Shown in pieces: positions 29,261-36,955 of a stretch of 64,000 bases of DNA. Numbering within the stretch: position 1 is the stretch's first letter; every line of letters starts with the position of its first letter. The notes under the pieces are model-generated. The model was not told the origin of the DNA and ran no database searches. It worked only from the letters and a program-made list of their open reading frames with translations. This stretch comes from a virus. A program made the position numbers and the translations under genes. The DNA is taken from positions 1 through 64,000 of IMG/VR virus record IMGVR_UViG_3300029268_000006, one strand, 5' to 3'.

Positions 29261-29509
29261 TCATATCGTGAATTCTATTCCAAGTTCATCGTACTTTTCA
29301 ATCCAAAGTAGTGTTAGAAAATCATTAAGTTTTTTATATTTTTCATCAATAAATTTGTTTTTACATATCGGTTTAAACATTTTAAAATATAAATCTATGA
29401 GTTTTCTGGAATTTTTAAGATGTTCTTCTTTTACACATGAATCAATAGTATCTACAATTTTATAAAATGATTCAAATTCGTTTGGTTTTTTATTACTTGA
29501 TATTTTCAT
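29261..29509 (-). CDS. Hypothetical protein
   Basis: ORF coupled to the upstream gene. Confidence 0.6.
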   Translation of the reverse strand: MKISSNKKPNEFESFYKIVDTIDSCVKEEHLKNSRKLIDLYFKMFKPICKNKFIDEKYKKLNDFLTLLWIEKYDELGIEFTI

Positions 29510-29510
29510 T

Positions 29511-30065
29511 TTAAGCCAATTTTTTACCGTAAATTAATTCTTTCAATTTTGCGTTTTGTTGTCCACCAACAAGATGAACCCAACTTAAAAATTCTGTATT
29601 CAAGTTTTCAGATTCATCATATGGTGGTTCCATTTCTTTTTCATCGTCAGATAAATGATAAAACTCAGAAACCCATTTAATAAAAGGTGGATATGTTTCC
29701 CAATCAAAAACTTTTTCATCACAAATGAAACAAAGAGATGAAAGTGAATTGTTTAAATCAGGTTCACGAAAAGATGAAAATGGGATTTTATTATCAATGA
29801 GATATCTTTCGTATAATTCCATTGTTCCCAATTTGGATTCATCAATATAAATATTTTTATCACCGTGAACAATTCCATCATTACTTACGCCACCATTGAG
29901 TAAAATAAAAGTTTTATGGTTATTAAACCAATCCTTATATAATTTGGTTTTTCCAAATTGATTTGAATATTCTTGTGAACAATGTCCGGCTTGTATCCCT
30001 TTATCAATTGTTCCAATGTTTCCCATAACAAAAAAATACATTCTTAATTCTTTTTCTTTTTTCAT
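29511..30065 (-). CDS. Peptidyl-tRNA hydrolase 2-like protein
   Basis: RMYFFV...KGIQAGH...W...HKTFILLNGG...FREPDLN..LSSLCF. Confidence 0.65.
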   Translation of the reverse strand: MKKEKELRMYFFVMGNIGTIDKGIQAGHCSQEYSNQFGKTKLYKDWFNNHKTFILLNGGVSNDGIVHGDKNIYIDESKLGTMELYERYLIDNKIPFSSFREPDLNNSLSSLCFICDEKVFDWETYPPFIKWVSEFYHLSDDEKEMEPPYDESENLNTEFLSWVHLVGGQQNAKLKELIYGKKLA

Positions 30066-30105
30066 TTATTTATACTTATAGTATGATTGTGAATACAAAA
30101 TTAAA

Positions 30106-30489
30106 CTATTCTTCAAAATTTTCAAATAAAACAGAAATTGCTTCTCTGATGGTTGGTTTCCAATTATCTTTTTCTACAAAAAAGGTAAGACTACAATCTG
30201 ATGGTACTGTTGATACAGAACTGTATCCATCTGTTCCCATAGCAAAGTTTCCATTATCATCGTATAAAATAGAAGCATCACCACCCAATTTTGTCAATGT
30301 TTCAAGAATGAAATCGACTGGTAAGTTTTTATGATGTAGTGATAATAAATCGTGAATTTCTTCACCCAATTCATCAATTTCTTTTGGTTCTTCCATATCG
30401 TAATCCAGTGTTTCTTCGTTCCAACTATTTTCGTATTGGTTAAGAAATGATTCACGAATTTTTAATTTATTTTCTATAATATTTATCAT
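30106..30489 (-). CDS. Hypothetical protein
   Basis: ATG 30489 follows the upstream stop. Confidence 0.6.
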   Translation of the reverse strand: MINIIENKLKIRESFLNQYENSWNEETLDYDMEEPKEIDELGEEIHDLLSLHHKNLPVDFILETLTKLGGDASILYDDNGNFAMGTDGYSSVSTVPSDCSLTFFVEKDNWKPTIREAISVLFENFEE

Positions 30490-30503
30490 AATTATATTAT
30501 TTT

Positions 30504-31874
30504 TTATTTTTGATAATCTAAACCACATTCCAAAGTGGAATTCAGTTCTTTTTTAATATAATCCAAATACCATTTTCCAAAATCGGATTTGATGTCATCA
30601 GAATTTGTATCTTTAAAAAATTGTTCATTTTTTTCTTTACGATATTCAGTAATAACATTACCCAATTCTTTTCCTTTTAATCCAGACCATTCCATCACCA
30701 ATTCACCATTGAATTTAGCCCTTATCTTTTGATTATCTTCATCTTTCTTTTTCAAAATTTCAATTTGTTCAAGAAAATGAACTTCCGGAAAACTGGAATC
30801 GATTAAATTCAATACATCATTTGTTAATTTTTCATTATCGAATTGAAAATCTTTAATATATTCCAAAAATTTATTAAAAGTTGGACGTTTCTTGTTTCTT
30901 TTTCTATCATCTTGATTTAAATTTTCCAAGAAAAATATTTGTGGTTTAAAATATTTACATGAAATAATCCAATCATAAATTTCTTCTAATGTTTCAAATC
31001 CATTATATTTACGATTAATGTCCAATCCCATAAATGGAAACATTTTATTTATATCTTTTGTGATTAAAATTTCACCCAATTTATTAGACAGTGATTTATT
31101 GAAAATGATAGCATATAATCCATCTGGTCTATATTTTAAATATCCACGAATAGTATTATCATATTTTTTAATTAATCCCATTTTATATCCTTTTTTTGTA
31201 TAACTTTCAATTTCTTTTTTTAAAACGTATAAATTTTTATTTCCGTTATTCATCCAAGTTTTACCATAAGATGAATTATCATTTCCACAATTTTTACCTT
31301 TTTTTGATAATGATAATTTATTTTTTGTTTCTTCTGACATTGGTATATTTTTGTTCCAAGGTATATTACCGATGTTTTTTCCTTTTGTTGCTTTTGATAT
31401 TTTTATACGAGTTTCTTCTGATGTTAAATGTCCTGTTTGTGTTTTAAATTTATCTTTTTGTTCTTGAGTCCATTTTTTACCTTTATTATATTCGGATAAT
31501 TTTAATTTTGTAATATCAGATAATTTTTTCCCTTTATGTTTTTTAGATATTTTTTCTTTTGTTTCATTAGAATGTTTATACCATTTTCTATTTTCTATTG
31601 TTTTTTTATATATTTCATTCTTTTTTTCTTCTGAATATCCTTTGATAACATTTCCACCATCACCACCTTTTGCTATATTATAAAATTGATTCGATTCACA
31701 TGCTTTGTAAAAATCAATCCAATATTTTTCTTTTTCCTTTAATTCTTCCGATGTATTACAATGTTCAATTATTTCTTTTTTGAAATTTTCTTTACCATAT
31801 TTTTTTACAGATCTAGTTAAATGTATTCCAGAACCAAAATAATTTGAATCATTTTTTTCATCTTAAATTACCAT
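30504..31874 (-). pseudogene. GIY-YIG/NUMOD3 endonuclease (5'-deleted, stop at codon 4) fused in frame to the C-half of a nucleotidyltransferase
   Basis: Manual reading: MVI* DEKNDSNYFGSG...KKEIIE..., open without stops into YDNTIRGYLKYRPDGL... Confidence 0.75.
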
Positions 31875-31907
31875 TATGATTTTTATTTTTATATATAAAA
31901 ATCATAA
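31874..31907 (-). promoter_or_regulatory. 13-bp hairpin containing a TATATA promoter-like core and abutting the endonuclease start
   Basis: TTATGATTTTTAT ... ATAAAAATCATAA inverted repeat. Confidence 0.65.
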
Positions 31908-31921
31908 GGTTCGTTATCGGG

Positions 31922-32332
31922 TCATTCTTCAAATTTTATAGATCTAAATAATTTTCCCAACAAATTACTTGTTGGGTCGTAATCCATCCAAAATTTAGTG
32001 GATTCCCAAACAGATTCAGCGACCGGAATTAAATCAATTTGAAATTGTTCAAAATCAAAAGTTGTTGTTCCATCATTTACCACAATTTCATTTGGTGATA
32101 AATGTTTATCGATTTCTTTACGAATATTTATACCTTTATTATAAAACTGATTATCTACTTTCAATAGAATATCCATATCACCATGATCCGGTTTGGTATG
32201 GTAAAATTTCAGAACATAAATTTCAGTTCCAAAAATTTCTTTCAATTTCGGAATTAAACGACTTTGAATGTCATAAAACTGTTCTGTCGTTTTACGCTCG
32301 GTGAATGTATGCTTTAACGCCTTTCCTCCCAT
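31922..32332 (-). CDS. Nucleotidyltransferase, N-terminal half
   Basis: MGGKAL...HGDMDIL...QIDLI polymerase-beta-type motif. Ends abruptly at the insertion. Confidence 0.7.
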   Translation of the reverse strand: MGGKALKHTFTERKTTEQFYDIQSRLIPKLKEIFGTEIYVLKFYHTKPDHGDMDILLKVDNQFYNKGINIRKEIDKHLSPNEIVVNDGTTTFDFEQFQIDLIPVAESVWESTKFWMDYDPTSNLLGKLFRSIKFEE

Positions 32333-32625
32333 TATTTCAAAAGTTTTATTTGTTTCATATATTTTTTGAATATTTTTATGTCAGGTGTTGTGATCCAATC
32401 CTTATTGTTTTGTAAATCATCTTCACTATTATAAATATAATATATGGTTTGATGTGAAAATAATAATGTATTGTTTTTTTGTCTTTTATATTTATTCCAC
32501 AATTTTTTATCCGATGTTATTAAACAAGGGATTTTATCGTTTGCTAAATCTGATTCACTTCTATAAACATAGAATGTGGTTTGAGCTAAAAAAATTTTAC
32601 CGTTTATTATTTCACGAACTACCAT
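32332..32625 (-). CDS. Hypothetical protein with internal duplication
   Basis: ATG 32625 follows the upstream stop; two Y.Y.SE.DL.N.K modules. Confidence 0.6.
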   Translation of the reverse strand: MVVREIINGKIFLAQTTFYVYRSESDLANDKIPCLITSDKKLWNKYKRQKNNTLLFSHQTIYYIYNSEDDLQNNKDWITTPDIKIFKKYMKQIKLLK

Positions 32626-32626
32626 T

Positions 32627-32923
32627 TCACCCCCATTGACTTCTAAGTTCGTCCCCTGCATCATCATCCCCATCTAACCAATTGGCTGCCATTGTAGCGG
32701 AATTATTCATATCATAAACTTCATCCGGATTCCATTGATCATAAACTTCATCCGGATTCCATTGATCATCAACTTGATCGGTGTCCATTTCTTCTTCAAT
32801 GACTTGAATTTGAGCATCAAGTTGTGCATGATTATCTTCCCCAAAAAAATTAAAGTGTGGGGCCTTTTCTTTTTGTCCTTCTAATAAGGAAACCATTTCA
32901 TTTCTTTCGGCAAGTGTTCTCAT
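32627..32923 (-). CDS. Acidic hypothetical protein
   Basis: ORF preceded by a TAGTTTTG box; in-frame 27-nt duplication at 32711-32764. Confidence 0.65.
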   Translation of the reverse strand: MRTLAERNEMVSLLEGQKEKAPHFNFFGEDNHAQLDAQIQVIEEEMDTDQVDDQWNPDEVYDQWNPDEVYDMNNSATMAANWLDGDDDAGDELRSQWG

Positions 32924-33013
32924 AATATTTTTATATTTTTATTTGAATTACAAAACTACAACAAACTTTTGAAATAAAAAAATAATATATAAAATAAATC
33001 AAATTAATTTAAT

Positions 33014-33436
33014 ATGAAAAATTATAAGAATTTCATTAACGAAGAAATGGTAAGTTTCGATACCGTTTTTAAAACAGAAGTTAGTGATGTAACAATATAT
33101 GGATTGGAAGAAACATTATCTAATAGTCCAGATGATGTGGATATAAGTCCAAGTAATGCAATTGTAACTTGGAATTTACAACCGGATATGAGACAAGATA
33201 GAATAAAATCTATGGATTTAGTTGTTACAAGAATAGAATGTCAAATTGAATGGAGTATTTATAAAGAAGGTTTGAATAATGCTAGACTTAAAGATAATTA
33301 TATTTATTTTGATACTGATTCACAAGATTTTAAAGATTGGGAAATAGATCCACATATAGATTTTGAAACAGATGGTGGTGTTTGTCCAGATTGTGTGGAA
33401 ATTGATTATAATTACAAAAAGATTACTATTACTTAA
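33014..33436 (+). CDS. Putative internal head protein
   Basis: N-terminus MKNYKNFINEE; TAATATATA upstream. Confidence 0.6.
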   Translation: MKNYKNFINEEMVSFDTVFKTEVSDVTIYGLEETLSNSPDDVDISPSNAIVTWNLQPDMRQDRIKSMDLVVTRIECQIEWSIYKEGLNNARLKDNYIYFDTDSQDFKDWEIDPHIDFETDGGVCPDCVEIDYNYKKITIT

Positions 33437-33562
33437 TTTTCTGATTTTACAAATGAAAGTCCAGAATTAATTACAGAAATTTTCAAATCAATTTTTATTT
33501 TAAATCCGGGATAATGATTTGATTAAAAATGAAGTCATAGACGAAAAAGAATTTTATATAGT

Positions 33563-34558
33563 ATGATATTAGATGAATTTGTTTTAATGTATTGGAATAA
33601 TTATGATAAAAAATATTATGTTGATAAAGGATATGTTTTCACAAAAAGATTTGATAAATTTGAAGTAAATATTAAAGATTTAATGTTGTGTAGTAACTTG
33701 AAGATAAATGTTAAATGCGATATTTGTGGTAAAGAAAAACTATTATCATATCGTAAATATTTAAAAAATATGAATAATGGTGATTATTATTCTTGTTCTC
33801 AGAAATGTTCTCATAATAAATCTAAACAAACTAGTTTAAAAAATTATGGAGTGGAACATTATTTACAATCTGATATTGGTATAAAAAGAATACAAAATAC
33901 ATGTTTGGAAAGATATGGATTTGAAAATGTATCTAAAAACAATGAAATAAAAAAAAGGAAAAAACAAACTTGTTTAAAAAATTATGGAACTGAATATCCA
34001 AGTCAATCGAAAGAAATACAAGAAAGATATAAACAAACTTGTTTAAAAAAATATGGTTGCGAATGGCCTTGGTTAAATATAGAAGTGAAAGAAAAAGTTG
34101 AAAATACTATGTTAAAAAAATATGGAACAAAAAACCCAACACAAAACATAAATATAATGAATAGTATAATTCAAACACAAATAGATAAATATGGTGAAAT
34201 TTGGAAAAATCATGTTCCTAGATATAATCCAAATTCAATAATGTATTTAGATTTAATATCAAAAAAATTAAATATACCAATTCAGCATGCTTTAAATGGT
34301 GGTGAAAAGAAATTCATAAAATATTGGATAGATGGATATATTGATAAATATAATATATGTATTGAATGGGATGAAGAATGTCATAATTTAGAAAATGATA
34401 AAAAAAGAGATGAATATTTAAAAGATAATTTTAATTGTAAAATGATAAGAATTAGACAAAAAACATTTCTTAAAAATATAGATATTGAAATTGAAAAAAT
34501 AGTTGATGAAATAAATGATTATATTTTATCATTAAAATCGTATGAAAAGAAAAAATAA
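33563..34558 (+). CDS. Homing endonuclease-like (PD-(D/E)XK) with CL.KYG repeats
   Basis: YWIDGY...ICIEWDE..H nuclease motif and repeated TCL.KYG. Confidence 0.8.
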   Translation: MILDEFVLMYWNNYDKKYYVDKGYVFTKRFDKFEVNIKDLMLCSNLKINVKCDICGKEKLLSYRKYLKNMNNGDYYSCSQKCSHNKSKQTSLKNYGVEHYLQSDIGIKRIQNTCLERYGFENVSKNNEIKKRKKQTCLKNYGTEYPSQSKEIQERYKQTCLKKYGCEWPWLNIEVKEKVENTMLKKYGTKNPTQNINIMNSIIQTQIDKYGEIWKNHVPRYNPNSIMYLDLISKKLNIPIQHALNGGEKKFIKYWIDGYIDKYNICIEWDEECHNLENDKKRDEYLKDNFNCKMIRIRQKTFLKNIDIEIEKIVDEINDYILSLKSYEKKK

Positions 34559-34590
34559 AAAAGGGATGAAAATAAATTTCATCCCCTTTT
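34557..34590. terminator. Bidirectional terminator
   Basis: AAAAGGGATGAAA-ATAAA-TTTCATCCCCTTTT between convergent genes. Confidence 0.8.
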
Positions 34591-34644
34591 GTTCATTTTT
34601 TTCATCTGTTCATTGATAATGAACAGTAGATTAAAATGAACAGT

Positions 34645-36252
34645 TTAGATTTCAACTGCTTCAATCTTGTGAATCAAAGCCTGACGATCTTGTTCCAACA
34701 TTTTCATTAAATCGAAAACTTTATCTGAAAATCCAGCCAAAGCGTAAACTTTGTTTTCTGGGAATTGTAAAGTTCCGTAACCTTTAAGGTCAATAGAATA
34801 GATATGAGACTGACATTTATACTTTTTACAGTATTCTTTGAAAGTTGTTGTTGGTGCGTGATATCCAACCCAACCTTGTTCATCAGATAAAATAATTATT
34901 CTATCGTAAGCTTTATTGGCTTTTTGAAAGATACTATGGAAATTAGTACCAGCACAAGCGAACTTGTAAATGTTTGTAATAGTCATCAAACTATCAGATG
35001 GGTTATAGTTTTTGTATTCTGCATGATCATCAAATCTCATCAAATCACAACCATTACGTTTTGCGATAGCGGCTGCGAATTGTGCACCAGCTTCAGCACA
35101 ACTAATTGTACTTTTTGCTACTTTATTTGATGTCATAGAACCAGATGTATCTAAAACAACCAATGTTTCACCATCAAATTTCGGAATATTATTAAGTGAA
35201 ATTTCAGTAGCTTCGTTGATGGCAGTTAGAACTTTTCTGTATTTAGAATCCGAAGTACCAAGACTTTGTAATTCTTTGTAAGCTACAAGAAATCTGAATG
35301 GTAAAACCAATGATTTCTTAATTAACTTTTCATCAGTTAAAAGTTCACAAGCGACATCAATCATTTCCGGTGCTTGTTCAACAATGTTTCTTAGGTTACG
35401 AAGTAAAGCGAAGTAACCGATTTTACGTTCACTAAGAAGCTTTGTCCAAGCGTCTTTTTTAAGGTCTTGTTTTTCATCTTCATTGTTAGCTATTTGACCA
35501 GCTTTTGACAATTCAGATTCCCAAGTGTCTTTACTACGAAGTAAATCAATTACAAGTGCTTCAAGAGCGTGAATTTTGATAGTTCCACCTTCTTGTGATT
35601 TAACCCAATTAAGTTTCTTTTCAATTTCTTTCTTATCTTCAGCTTTCTTTTTCAAAGATAATTTCTTGTTAAGTATGTCAATGTATTCTTGACGATTAAC
35701 AGTTACCAAAAATTTATCACCCTGTGTTGGTACTGGGTGTACCAAGTTGGCAATATCAACTAATTTGAAGTCTTTACCTTCACCTCTCCATTTTCCAAGT
35801 TGGTATGCATCGAATCTTGAAATAGCTTCAGCGAAGCCTTTTTTCATCGAATTGGTAATTTTGTTGTCTTTCTTTTTCATGTAGTAAGCCAAGATTTCCA
35901 TCATATCATCCGGTCTACGGACAATTTTGTTATAGAAATTTTTTGCCCAAGGTAAGTTGGACAAATATTTAGCCAATTCAGCAGCTGTAATATGTGATAT
36001 GGATCTCATACCAAATTCATTACGGGCATAAAGTGCAGATTTAGCTACAAAATCCGGTTGTGTCTTACCAATAAGATCAATCAATCTGTTATTGGTTTGT
36101 TCTTCAGTTTCGTAAAAAGAATTCTGTACAAAGGATGTTAACAAAATAGAAACTAATTCTAATTTATTTGATTCTTTGTAGGCTTCACCACCTGCTAAGT
36201 TAACAGTTTTTTCTGCTTTGTAAGCAACTTTTTTTTCATTGAATTTTGACAT
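34645..36252 (-). CDS. rsr: Ro60 / TROVE-domain RNA-binding protein with vWA domain
   Basis: NLAGGEAY, ALYARNEFGMRS, FDAYQLGKWR, ALLRNLRNI, LPFRF and VVLDTSGSM (MIDAS). Confidence 0.95.
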   Translation of the reverse strand: MSKFNEKKVAYKAEKTVNLAGGEAYKESNKLELVSILLTSFVQNSFYETEEQTNNRLIDLIGKTQPDFVAKSALYARNEFGMRSISHITAAELAKYLSNLPWAKNFYNKIVRRPDDMMEILAYYMKKKDNKITNSMKKGFAEAISRFDAYQLGKWRGEGKDFKLVDIANLVHPVPTQGDKFLVTVNRQEYIDILNKKLSLKKKAEDKKEIEKKLNWVKSQEGGTIKIHALEALVIDLLRSKDTWESELSKAGQIANNEDEKQDLKKDAWTKLLSERKIGYFALLRNLRNIVEQAPEMIDVACELLTDEKLIKKSLVLPFRFLVAYKELQSLGTSDSKYRKVLTAINEATEISLNNIPKFDGETLVVLDTSGSMTSNKVAKSTISCAEAGAQFAAAIAKRNGCDLMRFDDHAEYKNYNPSDSLMTITNIYKFACAGTNFHSIFQKANKAYDRIIILSDEQGWVGYHAPTTTFKEYCKKYKCQSHIYSIDLKGYGTLQFPENKVYALAGFSDKVFDLMKMLEQDRQALIHKIEAVEI

Positions 36253-36300
36253 AATAATCCTTTCTTTTTTATTTTTTGTTTGTTTGTAATTTAAAGTTAA

Positions 36301-36342
36301 AAAAAAAAGGGACTATCGAAATAAATTTCAGTAGCCCCTTTT
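36301..36342 (-). terminator. Rho-independent terminator between the RNA cluster and Ro60
   Basis: Minus strand GGGGCUA...UAGUCCC followed by U8. Confidence 0.75.
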
Positions 36343-36375
36343 GGTGACATTCATTTCTGAATGTCTTAATCTATA

Positions 36376-36612
36376 GATGAAGAAAACGATAAGTGAGATG
36401 TGAAATTTAGGTTTTCACTAAAATGAAAGATTTATCATCTTTCATATTCAACCCCGATTTTGGGTTAATTGGAACCTTGACTTTTTGGATGTCAAATCCT
36501 CGGTTTTAGGTAGAACCGAACCACCTGTTATCACCTTATTGGTGATAACGTTTCTGATGCCCGAAGGCTTCTTCCATAATTGTCGAAGTAACACTCAATC
36601 TTACTATCATCA
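36376..36612 (-). ncRNA. Y-RNA-like RNA 3 (multi-hairpin, ~240 nt)
   Basis: 5'/3' ends pair; UACUUCG at 36584-36590; seven internal hairpins including two perfect 9-bp stems and a cUUCGg loop. Confidence 0.75.
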
Positions 36613-36621
36613 GTAAATATT

Positions 36622-36688
36622 ATAAGGAGTAAATCTAAAATAACTTTTTTTCATTTCCTACGAAGTAAGTTATTTTATCACTACCTTT
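36622..36688 (-). ncRNA. Y-RNA-like RNA 2 (minimal stem-loop)
   Basis: UAAAAUAACU/AGUUAUUUUA 10-bp helix plus AAGG/CCUU bulged helix; UACUUCG at 36661-36667. Confidence 0.65.
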
Positions 36689-36757
36689 TTTAAAAATCAT
36701 TAAAATTAAGAACGTTTGTTTTATTTATATTTCAAAAAAACATAAAAGTTTAAAAAA

Positions 36758-36865
36758 TTGTAAAGATATTTTTTTAAGAGTTTTGATAAAAAGCGACTTT
36801 TTGGTGCTTTCTATTGGAGTCGAACCAATTAGAACCGAAGTATCTCTTAAAATTGCTATTACAAC
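36758..36865 (-). ncRNA. Y-RNA-like RNA 1 with tRNA-like T-arm (YrlA-like)
   Basis: UUGUAA/UUACAA and UUUUAAGAG/CUCUUAAAA terminal helices; UACUUCG at 36836-36842; AUUGG-UUCGACU-CCAAU T-arm. Confidence 0.75.
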
Positions 36866-36955
36866 ATTTATTTTATATATTTGTCAAAAAAAGTCTATTT
36901 TTTCCATTTTTGATAAATATACATCTTTTTTATTAAGAAAAAAATAAAAAGTTTA

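Noticed and set aside
31163-31921. Group I intron in the nucleotidyltransferase
   Set aside because: Only ~45 nt of non-coding sequence at the 5' side and none at the 3' side; no P7-like core seen.
32711-32764. 27-nt exact tandem duplication
   Set aside because: In-frame coding duplication (DEVYDQWNP) with no sign of function.
36758-36865. tRNA gene
   Set aside because: Only a T-arm is present; no D-arm/anticodon arm or 7-bp acceptor stem. Reported as Y-RNA-like instead.
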